The notes under the pieces are model-generated. The model worked only from the letters and a program-made list of their open reading frames with translations, searched no databases and was not told where the DNA came from. A stretch of DNA of 63,589 nt, the filler included, from Octopus bimaculoides (Eukaryota), in the NCBI RefSeq assembly GCF_001194135.2. It is 4 parts of 4 records of this genome, joined end to end, with 100 filler letters (N's around TTAATTAATTAA, not from the genome) between each part and the next. Parts side by side here need not be neighbours in the genome. Positions count along the whole stretch, not along the records: positions 1 to 28,330 come from NC_068981.1; 3 more parts are not named here. The stretch is one strand, 5' to 3'. Below are positions 11,501-25,400 of this stretch, piece after piece. The translations under genes were made by a program, and so were the position numbers. Each line of letters begins with the position of its first letter. The stretch's first letter is position 1.

Positions 11501-14500
11501 AATGATGACTCACATTACATAAAACAAAGGCACATTATTGCAGTCAATTAAAAATTACACCATCATTCAACACTATTTTGCAAGTTCCTTTCTTTACTTT
11601 TTAGCATTGAGGTTACTTTGTCAAATGTAAAGCTTGTTTATGCACATTGCTTTGAATTAGTCATGCATTATCTTGTCACTTCGAGATTTTGATGATATGA
11701 TTGTTTATTTTTAAAATGACATTGTAGGGTAGATGTGAGAGACTGGATATAGCCAGCTTGAGCATAAAATGGGTAGAATATTTTGGCTGGATATGCTGGT
11801 TTAAATGCTAAAGGGTTAAAGAAATTAGTGCATTTATCATGCAATGCGTTTCTAATGAATATTTTAATAAATTCAAGGTTATGCTATTGTTCTATACATT
11901 TATTATTATTCTAAGTGCAGGTTAACATAATTAATGGAGTAAACAAAAAAGCATTTTTAATCAATTGAAATCATGCTGTAACGAGAAGAAAAGTTATTGG
12001 TGTTAATGATCATTCTTTTCAAAAGAAGCGAAGGGAAAGAAATGTGAAAGTCATTAGCATTAATGAAAGTTCATTTCAAAAGGGTCAAATCATGGGTATA
12101 ATACCACTTCATAAAAATTTGTTTTGGCTCACTATATTATGTTGGTCTGCATGTAATTCCATTATTCATGTAGAAGGCTCAAGAAATTTCTCTGTTTATA
12201 TTCCAGTCTCAGAAAGGATATTCTCGACGAAGTTCTGGAATACTTGCAACAGTAAATACACCCAAAACACTTATACAGAAGTTTCTATCTGAAGGTAAGT
12301 TCCCATTCTGTATTATTGTTTTCTTTCATATTTCCTCTCTAATTCATCATCATCATCATCATCGTTTAATGTCTGCTTTCCATGCTAGCATGGGTTGGAC
12401 GATTTAACTGAGGACTGGCAAGCCAGAAGGCTGCACCAGGCTCCAATCTGATCTGGCAGAGTTTCTACAGCTGGATGCCCTTCCTAACTCCAACCACTCC
12501 GAGAGTGTAGTGGGTGCTTTTACATGCCACCGGCACGAGGGCCAGTCACAAAGTACTGGCAACAGCCACGCTCAAAAGGTGTTTTTTACATGCCACCTGC
12601 ACAGGAGCCAGTCCAGCGGCACTGGCAACGACCTTGCTCGAATGATTTTCTAACGTGCCTAATTAATTGTAAATATATATATATATAAAAGTGAACAAAA
12701 GTTTATTAAATATCATATCACAGAAGATAAATTCTTGATTTATTGACATTATCTTCTCTTCCAAAGGAGAATGAACCAACACCATCTGATAATTGCAATC
12801 TACTTCAAATATAAAAAGCAAGATAATTTCTAAACAAATCAAAGCCTCTTTGAAACTAACATGCTGATGGTGTTTGTTGAAGGCAGAAACTTGTGTCCAC
12901 AGTTGTCCTCTTGTCTTCAGATAATCAGACTATCTTTTCCTTAATGACCTGGTCTCCTGAAAGTACCAAATAGATGAAGCTAGTATATTCAAATATCTGC
13001 ACACATGAAAACCTGCAAATGCATTTATGTATGCATCCATAATCTAGAATACCCTCATCCTAGAAACTTGGTGATTGTGATTGTAACCATTTAAAATTTT
13101 ATATAACTAACCTGAAGCATCCTAACAACTTTGATTGTTTCTTGTAGCTCCAACCGAAACTCCAGTAATACCATCCAATATGACAGGCAACAGTTCTTCA
13201 TTAGAAAAATCTTCTGTACCTTTACCTGCCAAAGTAATGGATTCTTACAATTACAGGTAATAATAAAATAATTATGTGATGGTATATGCATCAAGTGCAT
13301 GATGTATGTGTGATGCAAATGTAATATTTTTGGGTGTCTGTGTAGTTATACATGTCTGTATCTACTTTTAAAGATTAGCCTGAAGATGGGGTATTTGTCG
13401 AGATAGGACCTATGAACTTTGCAGGCTCTTCCAGAGCACTGAGATTGAAGCACTTTGTATATTGGTAATCCTATATTGGTAACTAAATCAAGGAGGTCTG
13501 CCTCAAAAAGGGCTAGATCTTTTATCCTGAGGGAGCCAGACTGCCATGATTTAGTTACCAATATTAGATTCCATAAGTACTATAGCCCCTTTCAAGCCAA
13601 ACTAAAATCTAACATTAGAAACTTTAGAAGCTCTAAAAAGAAGTTTGTAATTTCTCTTAAGACCAGAACCTGTATGAAGTCACTAATGATATTTATGATA
13701 AGTTTCTGAATGACACCATTTCCACTAAATATAAGACATTTACATAAACAGATGCAATGACATTAATGATGTGGCTAAATTCCTCTCTAAATGCATTAAA
13801 ATTGAAGATTGAGTAGAATGGAAGGTGTTTATAAGCCATTTAAGAAACACACAAAAACTGTTAGATTCACTTCAACATTTAAATTTAATTTGCCAAAATA
13901 TTTTCATCACTTTGAGACCGCGACCTGTTCACTGACAAATTTCCGTGCTGCATCTCTGCAAAATTCCATGCTGCATCTCTGTGTTTCTTGAATGGCTTAA
14001 AAACACCTGCCATGCTGCAATTGTTTTCGTTCCAGCACACGATCTCAGGTCAGGTCACTTGCTATGCAAGTACATCTCCGTAATTGATTAGAATGTTTAG
14101 CAAAAATGGAAGTTTTTATTTTTCTAAAAGCTCACAAACCTAATTTCAGTAATAAGTTCATTTGCAGATTGTTAAACCCAGCAAGGACTGAAATCAGGTT
14201 AGTAGCCAAAAAAAAAAAAAAAAAAAAAAAAAAATACTAAGGAACATTAATATCATAGCCAGAGAGACCAGTTAAGTCACACGAAGAAGAGAGGGAATGA
14301 TGATTAGCAATAGAGGGTGACACCCTTAAACTGAATATATTGAATATATTACATTAATGGAACTACAGTGATTTATTTTTTTATATTTACATATGATTTT
14401 GCGTGTCTATTTACATATTTCTGTGTTTTTTGCACACATCTAGATGCATATATGTATGTGTAGACAGAAGTTTCATGTATCTTATGTATGTGTGTAATTT

Positions 14501-17500
14501 ATACATGTGAACATAATTTGTGATTTTATGATTAAGGAGTTAGCTATTCTTTCATTTTATATGCAGTGTAAGTATATAGATTTGTATATGTACATGTTCA
14601 TGTTGTGTGTAATCTATTGTCTGATGTATATAGGTCTTTATATATCTGTGTGCATATGTGTAGAGTATCTGCTGTCCTGTATATATACAGGGTGCGATGG
14701 GTAAATTGTTGCCATTTTATATTTTAATTTTGCGCATCTGCATTGCTTGTTTCTAATTTTGTCAACTACGTAGTATAGTAGGGTCAGTTGGGCACCATAT
14801 GTGAGAAAATCAGCACCATGATGCAATTCACTCTACCAGAAATTTGGAAAGGACATGCTGTACTGCTTGGCATTTGTGTCAAAAGCTCCAATAGAAACAT
14901 TTCAGAGTGTTTGGGTGTCAATTTGAAGACAGTGCATGTACCAAGAGTGATAAAAATCAAACATCCAGTCAACATCATGGTGTTTGGAGTGATCATTAAT
15001 GATAGCAACATTATGCCTTCCTTCATCTTCCCACACGGCCGCAGACTCAACATGGAGGTTTACATCAAGTGCCTGGAGGAGGTAGTGCTGCCCTGGGTTG
15101 AGAGGGTGGCTGTTGGAAGACCCTATGTCTGGAAACAGGACTCTGCACCATGCCACACAAGCAGGAGAACCCAGTCATGGCTGACAGACAATTTTTGCGA
15201 CTACATCACCCCTAACATCTCGCCATATAACTCTCCAAACTGCAACCCCCTTGATTATTATGTATGGAGTGCAGTTGATTGAGGCTAACAAAACTCCTTG
15301 TAACACCAAAGATGAACTGAAGGCAAGGATTATTGCAGCATTCACCAACTTAAACAAGGAGGCCATCCAGAAGAGTTGTAGGAGATTCTGAAATTGTCTG
15401 AAGGTCGTGGTTGAAGCCAATGGCGATTTTATTGAATAAATTTACTCTTTAGTATTTCAAGATATTTTTATGTAATTTTGGTAAATATATCTGTTAAAAT
15501 GAGATGTCAGTGTTATTTTCATTCTTGCATAATTTAGCTGACAATATGTTCACCACACCCTGTATATATATAGTTTTGTACTTGTTTGTACAGTGTAATC
15601 TTTTTCTCTAATTTACTTTCTTCTTTGTTGATTCTTTTTATTATCCTCTACGCACCCCCTACAACATGACACATTCTTTCTCCATTAAATTCCTTTCTTG
15701 CCTTATCTTCCACTTCACCTCTGCAAGTGTACCTTATAGATCTAGTGTAGGGACAAACTTACAGCAAACATGTTTACAGCTAGCTCCTACATAAATCTGT
15801 TTCGAGTCATGCTGAGCCCAATATATTTCCGATCTACGAACTCTTTAGGCATATCTGAAGTTTTACTTTCATACAAAAGCCATAGAAAGTTCAATACATG
15901 GCAGTGTGCTTGCATATATGTTTCCTGACCAACAAACAGAATTTGCTTTTCTGCTTCCATGAATACATGGTTATCTGAAAGACGAGTTAGCATTAACAGC
16001 ATCAGCTAATGTATGTGAGAGATGGCTGTATGGGTATGAATGTATAAGAGAATGAAGGATGTGTGCAGAATAAAAGGCAGCCCATGTGTTGTTGGTGGAG
16101 GAAAACATTGGAAGTGGTGTAATCAAAACAGTAAACTTCAAAAACAAGAAATACTCAAAAACAGATGAATTGTTAAATGATGTAGAACAAACTTTTCTGC
16201 CCATACTAGCATGGAAAAATGGACATTGTGACATAGATTCCTGACAAATCTAAGTATAATAGGTAAAGCATTGAATTGCCAACATATTTTTCATGAATTC
16301 AGCTTTATTGCATATGGAAAATTTAATTCTGTGTACCTCAATTTGCTATGGCTGTGATGAATAGATTCCAGATTTTCAAGGAATGTCTCCTATGGTAAAC
16401 TGAGGTCATACTCAGAATAAGATACATTTCTCACTTTATTTCTTCTTATTGTTTATTGTTGTTTTTAGAGAAAAGGTACACAAAACGCAACTCTTAGCAA
16501 TAATTCCTTTTCCTGGCAGAGTTTATATCATGTTGAATTACTGATTTATTTATTTTATTTTTTTTTTTACGTATCAAAGTTAAGCAATATTGAACTTGCT
16601 ATTATTTAGTTGAATAATTATTTAGACAAACCCAGGTGATATTAACATCTTAATTCTAATTGAAATAAATGGTTGAGTGCATTTGGTATTGGACTACTTA
16701 TCATGAAGACTTGAGTTCAAATCTGCTAGAATATTTTCTTGTGTATTTAAGCATTATATTAAATATTATACACCTCAATTCACTTAGCTTGTCAGGAATA
16801 GATACCAGGTCACCTGGGAATGTTAAATGAAACAGACTGATGTCTTTTCCAAAGGGATATTTGTTTCTTATTGCTATATTCTTAAAACCTCATCAGAACT
16901 CATTTTATATTTAGTAGACAAGAATGCTAAAGTTTTTACTATTTGTAAATGACTTATCCATTGATAAAGAATCTAGAGTTAACTTCTGGTTCTAAATGTG
17001 CTTGTGTTTCAAAAGATATTTATCATTAAACAATATTATTTCATATTTTCAGAAAAATAGTTAATCTTTTTTTTTTTTATGTTTACTTTTATAACTCTTT
17101 TTCACTCCAGAGATCTTTCAGTAACTGCTAGTGACCTTGAAGAAGAGCCTGTATTGGGGAGTGAATCAATAACTTCAGAAGAAAAAGCTTCGAAACTTAA
17201 AGGTTTTTTTTTTTTTTTCCATCTGTCATTAACCTTACATCAATTTTTAGTTTCAGTTTTCATTTATTTTATAACAACTATATCGTATGAACATTTTTAT
17301 AAACAAATTTAAAAGTGCCAAGTGAGTTGGTATTTCGCAGAAAATAAAGTAAAGCTTGTACACAGTATAGCTGTGAAAACAGCTTAGAAGATTGGGTAAA
17401 TAATACCTTTAGAAGATAAAGCTACAGAGAGTCAAACCCTGTACCTCTCAGATATTGGATGTAATTACTGTTGGATTGTCTTGATTGTGGGTGTATGATC

Positions 17501-20500
17501 ATGTGTAGCATTCTGGTGTCACATTGAAAATGTCAAATGTGATGCCATACAGAAACATTAACTATAGGTACTAACTTTGTAAAATCAAAACATCTCAGAA
17601 ATGATGGGTTTTTTTAAAATAATAATTTGAGTGATTTCCTGGTACATTCCATGTCAGCATGGAACAGTCATGTTAAATGATGGTGATGAATTGCTGAGAA
17701 AGGGAAGCTTAATAATGTATGAATAGATTGTTAAATCTCATTTTATCTTATTGTTATGAAGATCTCTTCTTGTCTTCAGATTTGTAATTGTAATTACATC
17801 TTGTTCTCTTAATTCAGAATTCTTCATTCAGATCGTTAGTTATTGCAATTGTACATAGCATTAGTTATACAAATGTCATTTGCATCTAAACTGTAGAAGG
17901 ATTTTTAGGCTTGCCTATTCTTGTAGCATATAATTTCTAATAAGAAAATGTTTACTAGAATGTTCAGAGTTAAATTACTAAGTAAAAAGCTCAGTCATGT
18001 AACGGTTGTTACAGAACAGAAATTAACAATAGACAAAGAGATTAGTGTCTTTCTCACTTACAGTTCCTCATCTTCAAAATGAATGTAATCAAGGTTAATA
18101 CAATTCTTGTGATATGTGTTTCAGGATTGGCTGACAGATGCAGTCCTGTACACTACCTTGTCTGACAGGAAGTTAAGGGTTAAAAAAAAGATAAATGTTT
18201 TACGTTTCTAAATGCAATGAATATGTTATTACTCATTTATCTCAGTTTTGAGTGAAGCCCATACTTTTCATTTGAACCAGAGATGCTTTTTAGAAGTCAA
18301 CTCTGTTGCAAGTGACCAAATGTATTACATGATTGAAGGTCAATCTAGACTAGTGCACTGTTCTCTTTGTCAAAAGGTACCAGTGGAAAAGACTTCTAAA
18401 CAAAGGCTGAGAGCTGCTCTGTTATGTATTACATATTTCTTTTCTTGTGATTGCTGTCTTTCTTCAGCAGATATAGGGTCATTTCTGTTGAAGTAAGACA
18501 ACATAAGACTATGATGACCAATCTAAGGCCACTTTCACATTGACTAGTGCTGTAGTTAGCAACACTTTCACTTATAGATCTTTCTGCCATCTGATGCAGC
18601 TACTTTTCTCATCTATGTTAATCTATAAACTATCATTTGTAATAATAATTCATGAGGCTCAACTTGATCTGTAAACAGAAATGAAGAATTCACTTGTTTT
18701 AAAGGAAGTTTTGTTAAAATTTGATTAACTTAGGGTTTAAAAACTTAGATTTCAGAGGTAAACTAATGAGGAATAAATGAGAATGTGCTGCTATTACAAT
18801 CCATCCATCTCTGCCTCAAGTTTTGTAAAACTAATAAAATGTCTTCTTTGTTGTCAGATAGTCATGTAGGCTTTCAGAAAAATTCTTCAAAAGGGCTGAA
18901 GCGACCAAGAAGACAAATAACAGCAAAAGACATAGCAGATGGAGTGAAGCAATCACAAGGTAAGCTATGATTATTTTTAATTTCAACAAAGTAGTGTAAG
19001 GGAAAATACATCAGGGTAGCATTCTGCCCATCATCATCACCATTGTCATCATCGTTTTAGCAACAACTTTTCCATGCTTGCTTGATCGGACAAAGTTTGT
19101 TGAAGCGGATTTTCTAATGCCAGATGCTCTTCCTGTTTCCAAGTAAGATAATATTTCTTCATGGCCAGGCATGTTTTATGGAAGATTGGAAATGATTAAC
19201 ATTGTTTTAATGAAGGTTACACACATTTACAACCATCACATGACATCAAGATAAGGGTGTGTGTGCACACACACACACATGTATATATGAAGGGCTTCTT
19301 TCAGTTTCTGTGTACCAAATTTACTCTTAAGGCTGTTGTCAACCTGGAGCTACAGTAGAAAACACTTGCCCATGATGCTGTACAGTAGGACTGAACCTGA
19401 AAGTACATGGTTGGGAAGCAAGCTACTTAACCACACAGCCATGCCTACTAAATACAAATACAGTAGAGTGTCACATATGTAATACAAGGAGTTGAAAAAC
19501 TTTGGTCAACTGAACTTGTCCAAGTAATTAGTGGACAAAAACTCCCTCTTGAGATGTTTAAGATCTAAAAAAGGAAACAAGGGAAATAATTTACCTGCAA
19601 TAAGATCAGTTAAAGGAAATTTTTAGACAATAGATAATGCAAATTGAAATGGATCTGGTCATGTACTGAAAGCAATGGACTTGTTTAAGTCTTATATTTT
19701 CTTAACAAAGCATATTCTACTTAGTTGGCAACGCAAATAGTTCGTTCAGTCATTTTTATGTCCATTTTTCCATGTTAGTGTGGTGACAGTATAGAGAAGG
19801 GAAATATTCAATATACACAAGAAGAGTATTTTCTTTTCTATAATGGGAAGCATGGCACAGTGAGTAGAAGAAATGATGAGATGGGAGGGGATAGAATCAG
19901 CACAGTGGCCATGAGAATAGATAGTGAAGAGATGTGAGGGTATAGAATGGGCAATAGTATGTACAAAACAGTAGGCACACCTGCTCATACTAATGCAGTT
20001 TTCTCTCTTGTATACTACACCTAATTCTTCTTATACCCAGTTTGTCTCTCAGTTCATATATACTTTGTCATTTGTGCACACTAGTATGTTACATCCAACA
20101 AAGTTACTCACCTCATTTCTTTCCCGTCTTCCACACTCAAAGCCCACATCTCACTGATGTGAAGCAGCACACTTCACACATAAGCATCATACAGTGTGCC
20201 CTTAGCCTTGAGGAATAAACCCTAGGTTGCTAGCAGAAGAAATATCTTCCTGAACTTTTTTCCAGCCCGTTCTTATTCTAGCTATCACACTTTCAGAACA
20301 TCTTCCCTGACAGCTAATTTGATCACCTAGGTAACAAAAGCTGTTGACAACTTTTAGGGAATTGCTTGGATATTTGAGTGAAACTGTGTCTTGAGTGCTC
20401 TTAGTACTTACTGTTCCTGTTGCATATGAAACTTACCTTCTTTGTTGGCCTCTATATGTGTATGTGTGTGTGTGTGTGTGTGTGCATGCATGCAGGTGTA

Positions 20501-20879
20501 CTGTGTGGTTAGAAGTATACTTCTCAACCACATGGTTTTGGGTACAGTCCCATTATGTGGTACCTTGGGTAGGTGTCTTCTACTATAGCCCCAGTCTAAT
20601 CAAAGCCTTGTGAGTGGATTTGGTTGATGTGTGTGTCTGTGCACGTGTTATTTCTTTACTGCCCACAAGGGGCTACACACAGAGGGGACAAACAAGGACA
20701 GACAAACGGATTAAGTCGATTATATTGACCCCAGTGCGTAACTGGTACTTATTTAATCGACCCTGAAAGGATGAAAGGTAAAGTCAACCTCGGCGGAATT
20801 TGAACTCGGAACGTAGCGGCAGACGAAATACGGCTAAGCGTTTCGCCCGGCGTGCTAACGTTTCTGCCAGCTCACCGCC

Positions 20880-20920
<41 letters not shown>

Positions 20921-22443
20921 CGCACATGTTTATGTGTGAGTCACTGTCGTGCAAGAGGTGTCCTTCAATTCCTATGTTTCAAAACATGTTTGGTCATGGA
21001 AAAATATTACCTTCCTTGGAAACAGGTGAAGGTTGGAAACAGGAAGGGCATCCAGTTGTAGAAAATCTATCCAACCCATGTGAGCATGGAAAAGTGGTTA
21101 TTAAATGATGATGATGATAAGGGATTATTGTATATGTATATATAAAGGAGACCATTTCCTTTGAGAACAATTCGGTCTTAGTAGACACATTACATGTGAT
21201 CTTCTTCTAGCACATTAACAGTCCACCTAGTGGTCTCCTTTATATATATATATATATAATCACACACACACATTGAGTTGCCACACTGTTTCTGTCTAAC
21301 AAATTTTACTTAGACTGGCCATCTCAAGGTTGTGGTAGAAGATACTTGCCCAAGGTGTCAAACCAGGATCCATATGGTTGCAAAGCAAACTTCTTAACTA
21401 CACTGCCATATGGCTAAAACTATGTTATACCATAACCTTTCAACATTTCAAACTAGACATTAATCACTTCACCTGTTTATTACTATTCTCTAATATAAAA
21501 AGCTCTTAAAAAAAAAGAAAAAAGTTATAGCTACACTTCACATCTGAGATGCTTGCGTTTCAACTATGTCGGTATTGCAAAATAGACACGATAATACTGT
21601 AATTGATTTGATGTTTAAAATATTTTGTATTCAATCTTATTGTCAAAGGAATATTTGTTTTTACTAGATGCTGAAGAAGATGATGAAATTTCTCTTCACA
21701 AACCAAAAATAGTTATGAAAATTAGAAAGAAAATTACTGCAGATGATCTTGCAATGGGTATCAAACAATCACAAGGTAATTATTGACAGAAATCTTCATT
21801 GTATTGTAGTGAGTTTTGTAAGATGTATGTATTAATGGTGGAGGTGGGTGGCTTAGTGGTTTCGATTCTTGGACTGGGTGGCGTGTATTGCGTTATTAAG
21901 CAAAATGCTTCATTTCATGTTGCTTCAGTTTGCTCAGCTGGCGAAAATGAGTAATCCTGTAATGGACCAGTATCTCATTTGGGTGGGGAATATATATGCC
22001 ATGGAGACTACCCTATGTGTCTACATGACTCTTTTTATGTATTAATGAATTGTTTGGCGATTCTTAACAAGCTGGTCCCTGTTATTCAGCATAGCAGTTA
22101 TTTAACCGTTAGCAAACTGCATTTTCTCTAGAATTGTTTCCCCTGCCACTGCCCTGTTACTACAGGGGAGAAAAGTCATATGGTGACATGATGCTCCTAC
22201 ACTGTGTTAAAGGTTAAGGTCTTGAAAAATAAGCAGTTTTAAAATTATTATTATTATTATCTAGTTAATTTTATTTTATTATTTTATTCTTTTACTTGTT
22301 TCAGCTAGTGGACTGCAGTCATATTAGGTTACTACTTTGAAAGGTTTTAATTGATCAAATCATCCCTAGTATTCTATCAGTCTCTTTTTGCTGGATTGCT
22401 AATACACAGGGAATAAATAAACCAACAGTAGTTAAATGGTGAG

Positions 22444-22499
<56 letters not shown>

Positions 22500-25400
22500 A
22501 CGCACACGCACGCACACACACGCACACACACGCACGCACACACACACACACACACACACACAAATGTTAATGACAGGCTTCTATACAGTTTCCATCTATC
22601 AAATTCATTCGCCAGGCACTGGGCAACTCAAGACTATAGTACAAGACACTTGCTCAATATGCCACATAGTGGAATTGAACCTAAAACCATGTGGTTGCAA
22701 AGTAAACTTCTTAACTGCATGGTCATGTGTGCATCTGTATTTATATTGATCTATAGCACAGAAGTTTTATAGATTGTACTGCAAATTTAAATGATTTTGT
22801 GTAATTGTTGCTAAGGAGGTGATGAAAAACTAATAATAAAAGGTTTGAATCTTTGCTGGAGAAGGCATGTCCAAGAAACATGGAAAAACTGGCTTATACT
22901 GATGATGCTTCTCATAAAGTATTTAACAACTCATACTTGAGTCATGAGTAGTTTTAGAATGAAACATCTACATAGAAAAAGAGATAATCCAGCAGTATGC
23001 ATGGAACCAAATTTGAAAACACACCCTACCCTTTCTAGCATGGAAAATAGCTGTTAAATTGTTTTTATAGTATTTTTGCCATTCTTTTCTAATCTTAGCA
23101 TTCTTTTATATGCAAGGTATCTATTATTCATATATATTCTAATTTCTTTTTTCTGTTTTGGTTCTGACTTTAGAAGCTGCCGCAGCTACTGAGGCAAAAC
23201 CTACTGATATAACAGAAATGTCAACAAGTGACTCATCACTTGGATTTTTGACAGTGAATTCTGAAAATACTGAACATTTTCTGGATACCACAAATGTAGC
23301 AGTTGAAGATAGCTCAGATGAATCAGATTTGTCTGAGGATTGTTCCAACCATGGAAACAAGCAATCAAAATCAGATGCAGTACAATCAGAGAAAAACCCT
23401 CCGAATTCAAGTGAGAGAGAAAAAACATGGAAAATTGATGATGTTAATCGAATGTGTTTGGAAGAAAGTTTAAAAGTATTGCGAGATGCAAGCGATAAAC
23501 ATGCATCAAAAGAAAAGTTACAATATAAACCTGAGAAACCTAATAATTCTGTGATTTCTCAACCAAGAAAAAGTACCAGTTTGACTGAGACAATACCAAG
23601 CTTCCAGCTGAGCCAACGCACAACAAAAGATTTAACAAACCTTTCAGACTCAGAAAACTCAGTTAAACATACTTCTCATGTCAATTTGGCTAACTCTTCT
23701 TCTTCACTCAGCTTTCTTAAGAAACTTACTGTGAGCCTTACTGATATCAGCTGTAGTGGAAACCAGCAATCTATGACCGCATCAACTAAAAACTTCCTAA
23801 ATTCTACTAAAAATATTAAAAGTAGGGATGATGCAGCATTAAGTGATAATAAAGGGAAAGAAAAAGACAGGTTCATCATCAGAGAAAACAAGGAGATTTC
23901 AGATTCACCATCTTCTTCTGATTCTGAATTTAAGACCTCCAGAAAAATCACTTATGATAAAGACATTAAATCTAAGCAGGATGCTGCTGTTATCTCTAGC
24001 AATAGGAATTCTGACTGCGAGGATATTACTGAAGAAAAACCATCTGAGTTAAAAGAGGTAACACCTGATATAGGATCTTTGAAATTAAAAGAGAAATCTA
24101 CAAATTGTGAAGAAACCAAAATCGGACAAAGTGATGTGGCAACTGATAAAGACACTTTCGTTGAAGATCTTGCAGAAATGCCATTGGAAACTAAAGATGT
24201 AGAATATACAAGTGAATTCATTCAGACATTTTCCTTGGAAAGTTTAAATGAAGAGACTGTTTCTTCAAATGTGAGTCAGAATAAAACGGATGAAAAAATT
24301 GAAGTGAGAAGCAAAAATGAAATGGTAGCCCATACACAGGAAAAGCAAAATATAGCAGACCAGCATGAGAGCAAGACCAATTATGGTAGAATGCTAGAGG
24401 GACAGATGGAACTGAATGAAGAACCTGTCAAAGATTTTGTTCCTGTAAACAATGTTGTTTTAGAGCTACATGAAGAGATGGTTGTAATTGAGGATGAAAA
24501 TGAAGTGATTGAAGTACAAGATGAACCAATTGTTGAAATACTTGATGAAGAATATATAAGATTACATAATGAAGATCTCATAGGTATCAATCGGGAGGCA
24601 GCATTTGTGTATCAAACAGAAAATAAAGATACGAAAAACCTACAAAAGGAAAATCAAATGACATTAAATGAAGACATTGAAAAGAAACACGATCAGCATG
24701 CAGAAAAAATTCCAGTAGATGTGCAAGATGACAAAATGAAACCTGAGAGAGAAACTAGAAAAGAAAAAGAACTAAGTAGTAATGTGGAAGAAATAGTAGT
24801 AACAGGTATAGATGAAGCAAGAAGGAAATCAGGGGTGGGTAAGAATAATGAAAATGTATTACAAGATAAAGTTGATGTGACTACAGATGAAAAGGAAATC
24901 AGTGTAACAAAGAGCAAAGTAGAGGTTAGTACAGCACAAGATGAAGAAGAGGACATTCCACTGTTTGAAGTTGAAAGCTTGTCAGAAGATGAAATCAGTG
25001 AAATTGATAGGAGCACGAAAGGGGAAAACAGGAGTGTCAGTCAGAGTGAAGGTGGAGAAGAAGACATTCCACTGTTTGAAGTTGAAAGCTTGTCACAAGT
25101 TGAAATCAGTAAAGTTTCAGGTGAAGTTGACGAGAGTGCAAAAGGGGAAAACGCAAGTGTCCACCAGTGTGAAAGTGACACTAGCATGCCCCATGTTAAA
25201 ACTGACATTGAGTTAAGCCTAGATAAGAGTGAGACTAAGTCATTTCAGAATGAAGATGATATTGGCAAAATACAAGACAAAAGTGAGGACAATATGGCCC
25301 AAAATAAAACTGAAATTGATATGATTCTGGTTGAAAGCAAGGCTGATGGAAAACAGAGCAACAAAACAGGTGTAACTCAGGATGAAAGTGAAATCTATTT

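Noticed and set aside
15787-16234. Short intronic ORFs that look protein-like
   Set aside because: No recognisable family and no compatible splice signals; the region ends in a SINE family B tail
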